Below, one piece after another: positions 37,468-46,514 of a DNA stretch of 64,000 nucleotides. The position numbers and the translations under genes are program-made. A model generated the notes under the pieces. It was not told where the DNA came from. It searched no databases and worked only from the letters and a program-made list of their open reading frames with translations. Source of the stretch: an uncultured Acidobacteriota bacterium (lineage in GTDB: Bacteria > Acidobacteriota > Thermoanaerobaculia > UBA5066); assembly GCA_963779415.1 (NCBI GenBank), contig CAVZYA010000001.1:1792001-1856000 (forward strand), read 5' to 3'. Position 1 is the first letter of the stretch. The number at the start of each line of letters is the position of its first letter.

Positions 37468-39423
37468 ATGAGCAGCAACGCGCCCGCGCGCGCTCCGCGC
37501 GCCCCGAAAGCCGCCTCCCGGACCCGAGCCCCCGAGAAGTTCGCCGACGCCGAGAAGCTCTACGGCATCGAGAACTGGGGAAAGGGATTCTTCTCCGTCT
37601 CGGACGACGGAAACCTCCTCGTCCATCCGACGCGCGAGAGCGTCCGGTTCATCGATCTGAAGAGCGTCATCGACGACGTCGCCCTGCGCGGCATCTCGAC
37701 GCCCGTCGTCGTACGGTTCCCGCAGATCCTCGCCTCGGCCGTGCGCGAGCTGAACGACGCCTTCGTCGACGCGATCAAGGAGTACGACTACGACGGCGCC
37801 TACCGCGGCGTCTTCCCGATCAAGGTGAACCAGAAGAAGGTCGTCGTGAACGAGGTGATCCATGCGGGGCGGAAGTACTCGTACGGCCTCGAGGCCGGCT
37901 CGAAGCCGGAGCTCCTCGCCTCGCTCTCTTCCGACCTCGGCCCCGACGCGCTCATCACGGCGAACGGCTACAAGGACGAGGCCTTCATCCGGCTCGCGCT
38001 GAACGGCACCCGGATGGGAAAGACCGTCGTCATGATTCTCGAGAAGGTCTCCGAGCTGGAGCGGATCCTCGACGTCGCCAAACGCCGAGGGGTCCGTCCG
38101 CTTCTCGGGATGCGGTCGAAGCTCTACGCGCGCGGCTCGGGAAAGTGGGCGAAGTCCGGCGGCGAGTCGGCGAAGTTCGGCCTCACGACGACCGAGATGC
38201 TCGAGGCCGTCGAGATCCTCAAGTCGAAGAAGATGCTCGACTGCCTCGTCATGCTCCATTTCCACATCGGCTCCCAGATCACCGACATCCGGAAGATCAA
38301 GCAGGCGATCCGGGAGGCGGGGCGCGTCTACGCGAAGCTCCGGCGTTCGGGCGTCGACATCGAGTACCTGAACCTCGGCGGCGGTCTCGGCGTCGACTAC
38401 GACGGGTCGAAGACGGCCTTCGACTCCTCGATGAACTACACGGTCCAGGAATACGCCCGCGACATCGTCTACACGATCAAGACGATCTGCGAGGAGGAGA
38501 AGGTTCCCGTCCCGATCCTCGTGACCGAGTCCGGGCGCGCCGTGACGGCCTTCCACTCGGTCCTCGTCACGAACGTCGTCGACGTGGCGGACCGGCTGGA
38601 GCAGGACCGGACGGTGAAGCTGGACGGCGACGAGAACCACGTCGTCCGTGAGCTGTACGACATCTGGCAGAGCGTGACGGCGAAGAACGTCCGCGAGAGC
38701 TACCACGACGCGATCCAGTACAAGGAGGAGCTCTTCACCCTCTTCAACCTCGGCTACGTCTCGCTCGAGGACCGGTCGAAAGGGGAGATTCTCTTCTGGC
38801 ACGTCTGCGACAAGATCCGCCGGCACCTGAAGTCGCTCAAGGAGATCCCCGAGGAGTTCGAGGACCTCGAGACGATGCTCTCGGACACCTACGTCATGAA
38901 CTTCTCGGTCTTCCAGTCGCTCCCGGACATCTGGGCGATCGACCAGCTCTTCCCGGTCCTCCCGATCCACCGGCTCCGCGAAAGGCCGACCGAGACCGCC
39001 ACGATCGCGGACATCACGTGCGACTCGGACGGGAAGATCGAGAAGTTCATCGACCTCCGTGACATCAAGGAGGCGCTGCCGCTCCACGAGTTCAAGCGCG
39101 CGCACCCCTACTACATCGGCTTCTGCCTCATCGGGGCCTACCAGGACGTCCTCGGCGACCTTCACAACCTCTTCGGGGAGGTGCACGAGGTCCTCGCGAG
39201 CGTGGACGAGGAAGGGCGGACGCGGATCGCGGACGTCCTTCCCGGCGAGAGCTGCGAGCGGGTCCTCTCCTACATGAACTACGACCGCGACGAGATTCTC
39301 GACGGCATCTGGCGCCAGCTCCGCCGCGCGACCGAGCGGAAGAAGGTCAAGGAAGCGGAGGCCAAGGCCATCGCCAAGGACTTCGAGCAGACCCTGACCC
39401 GGTACACGTACCTGGAGGAGTAG
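37468..39423 (+). CDS. speA: Biosynthetic arginine decarboxylase
   Basis: VFPIKVNQ, GLEAGSKPEL, NGYKD, HFHIGSQI, GGGLGVDYDG, TCDSDG, GAYQ..LGDLHNLFG. Confidence 0.96.
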   Translation: MSSNAPARAPRAPKAASRTRAPEKFADAEKLYGIENWGKGFFSVSDDGNLLVHPTRESVRFIDLKSVIDDVALRGISTPVVVRFPQILASAVRELNDAFVDAIKEYDYDGAYRGVFPIKVNQKKVVVNEVIHAGRKYSYGLEAGSKPELLASLSSDLGPDALITANGYKDEAFIRLALNGTRMGKTVVMILEKVSELERILDVAKRRGVRPLLGMRSKLYARGSGKWAKSGGESAKFGLTTTEMLEAVEILKSKKMLDCLVMLHFHIGSQITDIRKIKQAIREAGRVYAKLRRSGVDIEYLNLGGGLGVDYDGSKTAFDSSMNYTVQEYARDIVYTIKTICEEEKVPVPILVTESGRAVTAFHSVLVTNVVDVADRLEQDRTVKLDGDENHVVRELYDIWQSVTAKNVRESYHDAIQYKEELFTLFNLGYVSLEDRSKGEILFWHVCDKIRRHLKSLKEIPEEFEDLETMLSDTYVMNFSVFQSLPDIWAIDQLFPVLPIHRLRERPTETATIADITCDSDGKIEKFIDLRDIKEALPLHEFKRAHPYYIGFCLIGAYQDVLGDLHNLFGEVHEVLASVDEEGRTRIADVLPGESCERVLSYMNYDRDEILDGIWRQLRRATERKKVKEAEAKAIAKDFEQTLTRYTYLEE

Positions 39424-39446
39424 GGCTCTCCGGCTGGCGCGCGAAG

Positions 39447-40181
39447 TCAGGAGGGCGCGTACGGCAGGGGAAGCGACTGCAGGATCGCCCTCGGGTTCTG
39501 GCCGAAAAGGCCCATCGCGGCGTCCATCCCCCACCCTTTTCGCACCCACTCGTGCGCCGCGGCGAGGCGCGGGGGGCGCCGGAGAAGGGAGTGGGCGTCG
39601 GACGCGACGACGTGCACGATGCCGAGCCGAAAGAACTCGTCGCAAGCCCTCCGCGCCGTCCGACCGAAGTCACCAAGCAGGCTTCCGGCGGTGATCTGCA
39701 CGGCGGCCCCGCGGCGCACGAGCTCGGCCAGCCGCTTCGGCTCACGGGCGAATACGAGATTGCGCTCCGGATGGGCGACGATGGGACGGACGCCGAGTAC
39801 CGCGAGTTCGTGAAAGACGGCCGCCGCCGTCGGCGACACGAAACCCGCCTCGAACTCGACGAGAAGGTACGACCCCCGGGCGAGGCCGGTGAGCGGGTTC
39901 CTCTCCTTCCGTTTGACGAAGGCGATCAGCTGATCGGAGAAGAGAACCTCGCATCCGGCGAACACCTGGGGCGAGCCCTTCAGACGAGTGTTGAGCGCCG
40001 CGAGCAGCCGGTCCCGCACGACCGGATTCCCGTTGATCCAGGGATCCCGGAAGACATGCGGCGTCGCCACGATCTTCTTGGTCCCGTCGGCCGCCGCGGC
40101 CCGGCAAAGCGCCACGGCATCTTCCCAGCTCGCCGGGCCGTCGTCGATTCGCGGCAGACAGTGAAAGTGCAGGTCGATCAA
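39447..40181 (-). CDS. CpsB/CapC PHP-family tyrosine phosphatase
   Basis: MIDLHFHCLP.IDDG, ATPH, AHPERN, ASDAH. Confidence 0.92.
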   Translation of the reverse strand: MIDLHFHCLPRIDDGPASWEDAVALCRAAAADGTKKIVATPHVFRDPWINGNPVVRDRLLAALNTRLKGSPQVFAGCEVLFSDQLIAFVKRKERNPLTGLARGSYLLVEFEAGFVSPTAAAVFHELAVLGVRPIVAHPERNLVFAREPKRLAELVRRGAAVQITAGSLLGDFGRTARRACDEFFRLGIVHVVASDAHSLLRRPPRLAAAHEWVRKGWGMDAAMGLFGQNPRAILQSLPLPYAPS

Positions 40182-40217
40182 GACGTGGCGACCTCATCCC
40201 CGGCCGGCCGTGCCGCT

Positions 40218-41057
40218 CTAGAAGAACGACTCCTTCACGACGACGATGTCGTCGGCTTTCAGGACCGGGTCCGGGTCCTTGCCGGCCAGGATGCGGTTGT
40301 ACTCGTACACGGTCTCGACATCCTTTCCCGAGGCGTCCCGGCGCTTGACGCGAATCGTCTTCGAGGCCCTGTCCGTCAGACCGCCCGCCTTCGCGAGGAC
40401 CGACAGGAGCGAGATCCGGTCGTCCGCGGCGAGCTCCACCGCTCCCGGGATCTTGACTTCGCCGATGCAATAGATCCGGACCAGGGTCTTCCCCGGGATG
40501 TTGACGACGTCGCCCGGATAGATCGGAATGTTCCAGACCTGCGTCGCATTGCGGAACAGGTCGTCGGTCGAAACCTCCAGCGTGTCCGAGAGCCCCTTCT
40601 CACCCCTCCGCAGGATGTAGATCTTCCGGCCCGCTCCCTCCGTGAGGCCTCCGGCCGCCGAGATCGCCTGAAGGAGGAACCAGCGTCCCGAGATGTTGAG
40701 CGAGCCCGAGTGCTGGACGGCACCCACGATGGAGACCGGCTTGTTGGCAAAATCCTTGATCACCACCGACACGTCGGCACGATTGACGTACTTTGACTTC
40801 AGGAGAGCGTCGAGCTGGTTCCGGATCTCCGCCGCCGTCAGCCCGGAGACCGGGAAGTCCCCGATCATCGGAAGCGAGATCGTCCCGCCGTCGCTCACCC
40901 GCCGCTCCACGTTCAGCTCCGGAATCTCGATGACCTTGATCTCGAGGAGGTCTCTCGGTCCGACGCGATACTCGCCCGTCACGTCCTCGGCGAGGACTCC
41001 GGCCGAAGCCACCAGCAGCGCGAGCAGAATCGCCAGTATTGAGGTGCCTTTCGTCAT
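40218..41057 (-). CDS. wza: Polysaccharide export protein (Wza/OPX, with SLBB domains)
   Basis: YRVGPRDLL, GTISLPMIG, AISAAGGLT, GEVKIPG, AKAGGLT. Confidence 0.88.
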   Translation of the reverse strand: MTKGTSILAILLALLVASAGVLAEDVTGEYRVGPRDLLEIKVIEIPELNVERRVSDGGTISLPMIGDFPVSGLTAAEIRNQLDALLKSKYVNRADVSVVIKDFANKPVSIVGAVQHSGSLNISGRWFLLQAISAAGGLTEGAGRKIYILRRGEKGLSDTLEVSTDDLFRNATQVWNIPIYPGDVVNIPGKTLVRIYCIGEVKIPGAVELAADDRISLLSVLAKAGGLTDRASKTIRVKRRDASGKDVETVYEYNRILAGKDPDPVLKADDIVVVKESFF

Positions 41058-42343
41058 TGAAGCAGGTTCCCACCGAACCCCAGTGACACGGCCCAGCGGA
41101 AGAAGGAACGGTCGTTACCCGGCACGTTGGAATTGTAGCGACTTTCCGTGGTGACGAAGCTCAAGCGGAACCTGGACGTGATGAGGAAATCCAGGCCTCC
41201 CCCGTACTCCCTGACATCGTCCTTCCGATAGACGCTCTGGCCGTCGGGAAGCAGGGTGAGAGTCGTGTAACTGTCGTCGCCCAGATCGCCGAAGCCCCGC
41301 AGCTTCAGCCGCCAGCCAATGTTGAAGGTGATCCCTCCTCCGTACCGCGTCGAGATGAAGTAGGGGCTGCTCGTGCCGTAGTTCAGGGTCCGGCCACCGA
41401 GAGCGTTCAGGTCGAGCCAGGGAAAGAGCGAATACGTGGCGGCGCCGCCGCCGGTGAAGCCGGTAAAGGGCGGGATCGTGGAGCCATGGATCGGCTTTCC
41501 TTCCCGGTATCCGCCGGAGAAGTTCAGGAAGAACTTCGGCTGACTGAAATAGACGCTGCCGATGATCGCCCTCGTCTGGTTGTCGTACTGCTCCGGCGAG
41601 TAGACGAATTCGGCTTTCGTCTCTTCGGCCCCTGCGGCGATCGTCAGGCCTTCGAGCCACTTGTATCGAAGCTCGGCGCGGACGAGATAGGTCGTCCGAT
41701 CGGTCACGAAGGGGTCCAGGACCGCCCCCGGGGCTCCGGGGCCCGTGTATTGAAACCATTGGACGCGGCCCCCGCCGTAAAGGTAGAGCCGGGTCAGGAG
41801 ACGGTACTCCGCGCCCAGCCCCGCCGTCGACAGGTTCTGGATCACTCGCTGCTGGTTCTCCGTCGAGAAGAGAACGTCCTGTTTGGAGTACCCACCCCCC
41901 CCTTCGACCGTCAGCCGGTTCGCGAAGAGAATGAACGACCCGTCATATTCGCCGCCGAAGAATCGCCGCTCCTGGAGCGTCGCGTACCACGTGTACGCCG
42001 GAAGAACCGTGGCGCGGATGAAAAAGTTCCGCGAAACCGGGGCGATGAGTCCCAGCCCGGCCGCGATCGTCATCCGGAAGTCTCCGACCGGATTCTCAGT
42101 AGTCCCACCGACATTGTTGTCGTACGTCGCGTCCGTGACGTAGAGGCCGGGAGTGAGCCGGACGGGGCCAAGGCTGTAGCGGCTCGCGGCCAGCTCCCCG
42201 TCGATGGACTCCCGAGCCGTGACGACACGCTCGGTGGCGATCTCGTCCGTCGGAATCTGACCGGAAACCGTCCGACACACGACAAGGAGGAAGAGCACGG
42301 CCAGAGCGCGGCAACCCGTCCACGCCGCTCTCCACGATTTCAT
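41054..42343 (-). CDS. Outer-membrane beta-barrel protein of the polysaccharide export locus
   Basis: Signal peptide, YDNNV motif, alternating aromatic beta-strands, C-terminal ..SRYNSN.....F.....SLGF; ATGA coupling to wza. Confidence 0.75.
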   Translation of the reverse strand: MKSWRAAWTGCRALAVLFLLVVCRTVSGQIPTDEIATERVVTARESIDGELAASRYSLGPVRLTPGLYVTDATYDNNVGGTTENPVGDFRMTIAAGLGLIAPVSRNFFIRATVLPAYTWYATLQERRFFGGEYDGSFILFANRLTVEGGGGYSKQDVLFSTENQQRVIQNLSTAGLGAEYRLLTRLYLYGGGRVQWFQYTGPGAPGAVLDPFVTDRTTYLVRAELRYKWLEGLTIAAGAEETKAEFVYSPEQYDNQTRAIIGSVYFSQPKFFLNFSGGYREGKPIHGSTIPPFTGFTGGGAATYSLFPWLDLNALGGRTLNYGTSSPYFISTRYGGGITFNIGWRLKLRGFGDLGDDSYTTLTLLPDGQSVYRKDDVREYGGGLDFLITSRFRLSFVTTESRYNSNVPGNDRSFFRWAVSLGFGGNLLQ

Positions 42344-42977
42344 TGAAGGGGTCGTCCGGTCTTGCCGACCAGAGCCTGTGCTGCCTTTTCGACGTCGGCC
42401 CGCTTTCGGAACTCTTCCGGAATCTTGGGCCACGAGCCCTGGGCCCCCTTCCAGTCCTTCGTTTCGACCTGACAGACGAAGAGGTCGGCAAAGAGTTCGG
42501 GATGGCTCGTCCAATCCTCGCTCGGCACCTTCGCCAGCTTGTCGAGCAGCTCCCGGCAATGGTGCAGGGCGGCGCTCGCCAGCGAAGGGATCGAAATAAT
42601 CGTCTCGACGGGCACGCGAGCGAGGAGAACAGCCTCGAATTCCCGCCGCGATTCCCACGGGAGGTTCGCCTTCGCATAAGGAGCGAAGCGCCTTTCCGCT
42701 TCCAGGAAGCGATTCAGCGTCGCCTCGACGTCGGCCGGCCGCCTGGCGGCGTCGAGCGCCAGGGTGAGGTTGACGAGGCACTCCGAGAGGGGCTCGGCCT
42801 GATCCAGGAGACCGAAGCAGGCGATCCGGAGCTGGTCGATTGCCTCCGGAATCGCTTCGCCCGAAGAGCCTCCTCGCCTGCGCGGAGACGTTCGAGAGAG
42901 AAGTCGTCCGCGAAGAGAGATACCCGCGGGACCGCGAGAACGATTCCGAGGACAAGGGCCTGCAGGCGACGGCTCAT
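42340..42977 (-). CDS. Secreted TPR-like helical protein (frameshift at ~42848)
   Basis: Signal peptide, LERLRAGEEALRAKRF then EAIDQLRIACFGLLD..., joining ORF 42340..42615. Confidence 0.6.
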
Positions 42978-43054
42978 CGTGAAAGAGTCTCCGAATGACG
43001 ATCCTGGCGGCTGCGCGAAAGGGATTATGCCTTAGTGGACTAATCTATCCGAAA

Positions 43055-43735
43055 GTGAAACGAACCTCTTTGGCGCCCCGCAGCCGCGTCTGTCTCCTCT
43101 GGAAGCACCCCCTCGTCCTCGCGGAAGTGAGGCGGGTCCTCTCGGACGAGCCCGTCGAGCTTCTTCCGGTGAAGATCGACTCTTCCTTCTCGTCGTCCCT
43201 CGACGGCCTTCTTCCCCCGGAGACGCTTCTCTACGTGATCGACAGCGACATCCTCGGCTCGCGGACCGCCGCGCTCGTCACCGATGTTCTCGCGGCGAAC
43301 CCGGGAGCCAGACCGATCGTCATAGGGGACGATTTCAGCGAAGCGACGGCCTTCTCCCTGCTGCGTCTCGGCACGAAGGGAATCATCACGTACGCCGAGG
43401 TCACGGAGCGACTGCCGCGCATTCTCCAGGAGGTGAACGCCGGCGGCTTCTGGGTCCCGCGAACGCTCCTTTCACGCTTCGTGGACTCGACACGCCGGGA
43501 AAGCGTTCCTCCGCGTCCTCTGGGAAGGGAGCCGGCCCTGACGCCACGCGAGCGGGAGATCCTGAACGACCTGCTGCAGAACCTCTCGAACAAGGAGATC
43601 GCCCAGAAGCACCATATCTCCAGCCGTACCGCCAAGTTCCACGTCTCGAACGTGCTGGCGAAGCACGGCGTCAAGCGGCGTGCGGACCTCTTCCTCCTGA
43701 CTTTTCCCGAAAGAGGGGCATCTCAACCGACTTGA
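43055..43735 (+). CDS. LuxR/NarL-type regulator with atypical receiver domain (CsgD/VpsT-like)
   Basis: LTPREREIL...LSNKEIA...TAKFHVSNVLAK HTH; start uncertain (42995 or GTG 43055 after TAATCT). Confidence 0.88.
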   Translation: MKRTSLAPRSRVCLLWKHPLVLAEVRRVLSDEPVELLPVKIDSSFSSSLDGLLPPETLLYVIDSDILGSRTAALVTDVLAANPGARPIVIGDDFSEATAFSLLRLGTKGIITYAEVTERLPRILQEVNAGGFWVPRTLLSRFVDSTRRESVPPRPLGREPALTPREREILNDLLQNLSNKEIAQKHHISSRTAKFHVSNVLAKHGVKRRADLFLLTFPERGASQPT

Positions 43736-45665
43736 CCGGGGAATCCAGCCGGGCCTCGGGCAGGAATTCGCTCAGGATGGCCCGAATCTCCCTTCCGTCC
43801 CCGAAGAAGGCCCTGTCCTCGAGCCGCACCAGAACGCCGATGAGCTTCTCGACATCCACGGGGGCGATCTTGCCGATGAGAATCCTCGGATGGCGGGTCT
43901 TTTCGAGCTGTTCCCCGCCAAGCTCGAGTTCTTCGGCCAGCTTCTCTCCCGGGCGGAGGCCGGTAAAGACGATCGGCATCTCCTCGAAAGGTTTCAGCCC
44001 CGTCAGCCTGATGAGGGCCGTCGCGACATCGAGGATCTTCACCTGCTCCCCCATCTCGAGGACCAGGATCTCGCCCCCCCGGCCGAGGGCACCGGCCTGC
44101 AGAACGAGCTGCGCAGCTTCCGGAATCGTCATGAAGTAGCGCTTCATTTCCGGGTGCGTGACCGTGACCGGTCCTCCGCTGGCGATCTGCTCCCGGAAGG
44201 TCGGGAGCACCGAGCCGGCGGAATCCATGACGTTCCCGAACCGGACGGCCATGAAGCGGGTCCCGTTCCGGCGGGCGAGGTCCTGGATCACGAGCTCGGC
44301 CACCCGCTTCGAGGCCCCCATGACCGAGCTCGGTTTTACCGCCTTGTCCGTCGAGATCAGGACAAAGGTCTCGACCCCGTGCTCGTGGGCCAGCTCGCCG
44401 AGCCGGCGCGTGGCGATGACGTTGTTCTTGATCGCCTCGGCCGGATTCGCCTCCATCATCGGGACGTGCTTGTGCGCCGCCGCGTGGAAGATGACGCCCG
44501 GCCGGTAACGTTCCAGGATCTGAGCCATCCGCGTCACGTCTCCGACGTCGGCCACGAGCGGTTCGACCGGGACGTCGTTGAACGTCCGGAGCCGGCGTTT
44601 CAGCTCCTGCTCGATCTCGAAGAGCGCGAACTCGGCCCTCTCCACGAGGAGGATCCGTGCCGGCCGGAAACTGGCCACCTGGCGCGCCAGCTCCGATCCG
44701 ATGGAGCCTCCGGCTCCCGTGACGAGGACCGTCTTCCTTTCGAGGAATGCGCTCACGAGCATCTCGTCCAGCACCACCGGTGGCCGCTCGAGAAGATCCT
44801 CGACCTTCACGTCCCGGATTCGCGTCACCTTCACCTTCCCCTCGAGGACCTCGGAGAAGCCGGGAATGATCCGGCAGGACACAGGAATCAGCTGGCACAG
44901 CTCGATCAGCTTCAGGATTTCCTTACGCGAGATCTGGGCGATGGTGATGATGACCTGCGAGATCCCGAGTTCTTTTACGAGGCGCGGAAGGTCGGCACGG
45001 GTCCCGAGGACGGGGATGCCGTAGATGACCATTCCCTGTTTCCTGGGGTCGTCGTCGAGGAAGCCCCGGACGTCGAGGTTGGTGTCGGTCCGCCCTTCGA
45101 TTTCACGCGCCGCGAGGACACCCGCCTCCCCGGCTCCGAAGAAGAGGGTCGGCGCGCGCTCCCCTGATGTGGACCGCACGCGGCGCCGCTTCCTATCCTC
45201 CGCCTCCCAGAGGGCCCGCCGCGCCACCCGGAGGCCCAGAACCCCCAGGAAGCCGAGGATCGTTCCCATCAGAATGACGGATAGGGGGACGCGCCAGTCG
45301 CCGAACCGGTTCGGCAGCGCAAGACGGAGAGCCGTGAGGACGACCGACGACCAGAAGAACGCGATCAGGAAGGAACGCACCTCCCTCATGCCGACATAGC
45401 GCCAGATGAAGCTGTAGACGCCAGCCAGAGAGAGTGCAACGACCTGTATCAGAACCACATAGGGGAGCTGGACGAGGGCGCCCATCAGGACCTTTTCCGG
45501 TATCACGAACTCGAATCGCACGAGGTACGCGACCAGGAAACTCGCTGGCAGAACCAGCAGATCGAGGACGAACTGCATCTTCCGGGTCAGAAAGCCCAGT
45601 GGAATATTTCCCCCATCGAGGGAGAAAAATCTTCCCCAGCGGCCCTTCGGCGAGACCGGGGGCAC
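43671..45665 (-). CDS. Membrane-bound UDP-GlcNAc 4,6-dehydratase (CapD/WbpM/PglF family)
   Basis: Four TM helices, GAGEAG, TGAGGSIGSEL, HAAAHKHVP, STDKAV, MGASKR, RFGNV, LRPGEKL; start uncertain (alternative ATG 45578). Confidence 0.93.
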   Translation of the reverse strand: MPPVSPKGRWGRFFSLDGGNIPLGFLTRKMQFVLDLLVLPASFLVAYLVRFEFVIPEKVLMGALVQLPYVVLIQVVALSLAGVYSFIWRYVGMREVRSFLIAFFWSSVVLTALRLALPNRFGDWRVPLSVILMGTILGFLGVLGLRVARRALWEAEDRKRRRVRSTSGERAPTLFFGAGEAGVLAAREIEGRTDTNLDVRGFLDDDPRKQGMVIYGIPVLGTRADLPRLVKELGISQVIITIAQISRKEILKLIELCQLIPVSCRIIPGFSEVLEGKVKVTRIRDVKVEDLLERPPVVLDEMLVSAFLERKTVLVTGAGGSIGSELARQVASFRPARILLVERAEFALFEIEQELKRRLRTFNDVPVEPLVADVGDVTRMAQILERYRPGVIFHAAAHKHVPMMEANPAEAIKNNVIATRRLGELAHEHGVETFVLISTDKAVKPSSVMGASKRVAELVIQDLARRNGTRFMAVRFGNVMDSAGSVLPTFREQIASGGPVTVTHPEMKRYFMTIPEAAQLVLQAGALGRGGEILVLEMGEQVKILDVATALIRLTGLKPFEEMPIVFTGLRPGEKLAEELELGGEQLEKTRHPRILIGKIAPVDVEKLIGVLVRLEDRAFFGDGREIRAILSEFLPEARLDSPVKSVEMPLFREKSGGRGPHAA

Positions 45666-45688
45666 CGGCTTTGATCCCGACCCGAACC

Positions 45689-45703
45689 TGACAGAAATTG
45701 TCG
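45689..45703. promoter_or_regulatory. GACA-N5-TGTC palindrome upstream of the capD-like gene
   Basis: Minus strand CGACAATTTCTGTCA, 13/15 identical to CGACAATTTTTGTCG at 10762-10776. Confidence 0.5.
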
Positions 45704-45812
45704 TTTCCTCCAGTCAGGAACACTAAATCTTGACAGGCGGAACCTCTCTCCGCCCCGATACGCGGTACCTGGTCTAGCTTACACGAAAGATCCGTGCCAG
45801 ATGAGATCCCTT

Positions 45813-46514
45813 CTACGTTTGATGTCTGTCGGGGACCCGCCCGGTTTCAAGGTCCTCCTTCGTGACGTCGGGGATACAGACGAGGTTTACGACGGCCAGA
45901 AGCGTTCTTGCGATGACGGCGAGGTCCGTCCAGGCGGTCCGGTTCTGGATGTAATCCATGTAGCCGTGTAACTTGAACGGCTGGAGCTTCTCCCGGTAGA
46001 ACCGCTCGCGGTCACCCGCCACTCCGGCCAGAAGCGCTTCCTCGTTCTTCAGCGCCAGCGCCACCGGGTCGGTGATTCCCGGCCGAACGCTCAGGACACG
46101 CCGCCATGTCTCGCTTGCGAGGTCGACGAAAGCCGGAACCTCGGGACGCGGCCCGACGAACGACATCTCTCCTTTCAGGACGTTCCAGAGCTGCGGCAGC
46201 TCGTCGAGCTTCAGCCGGCGTAAGACGCGTCCGACCCGGGTCACCCGGGTATCTCCGGCCGCCGTCACTTCCGGCCCGTCGCCCGCCCTCATCGTCCGGA
46301 GCTTCCAGAGAAAGAACCGTCGGCCGCCGCGGCCGACCCTCTCGTGACGAAACAGCGCCGGCCCCGTGGAATCGAGAACGACCGCGAGGCCGGCAACGAG
46401 GAGAAACGGCGACGCGAGAACGAGACCTCCCAGCGACAGGACGACCTCCACACCCCGCGGGAGACCTCCTCGCATGGGCTTCTCAGGCCCCGGGCGGGCG
46501 AGCGTTCCAGTCAC
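45813..46514 (-). CDS. Initiating phosphoglycosyl transferase (bacterial sugar transferase, PglC-like)
   Basis: [46 protein letters not shown]. Confidence 0.92.
   Translation of the reverse strand: MTGTLARPGPEKPMRGGLPRGVEVVLSLGGLVLASPFLLVAGLAVVLDSTGPALFRHERVGRGGRRFFLWKLRTMRAGDGPEVTAAGDTRVTRVGRVLRRLKLDELPQLWNVLKGEMSFVGPRPEVPAFVDLASETWRRVLSVRPGITDPVALALKNEEALLAGVAGDRERFYREKLQPFKLHGYMDYIQNRTAWTDLAVIARTLLAVVNLVCIPDVTKEDLETGRVPDRHQT

Noticed and set aside
621-39645. Very long alternative-frame ORFs (e.g. most of 621..3638 -, 4174..7014 +, 8481..10886 +, 13785..16220 -, 37354..39645 -)
   Set aside because: Arg/Gly/Pro-rich shadow frames of real genes, expected at very high GC; no motifs of their own.
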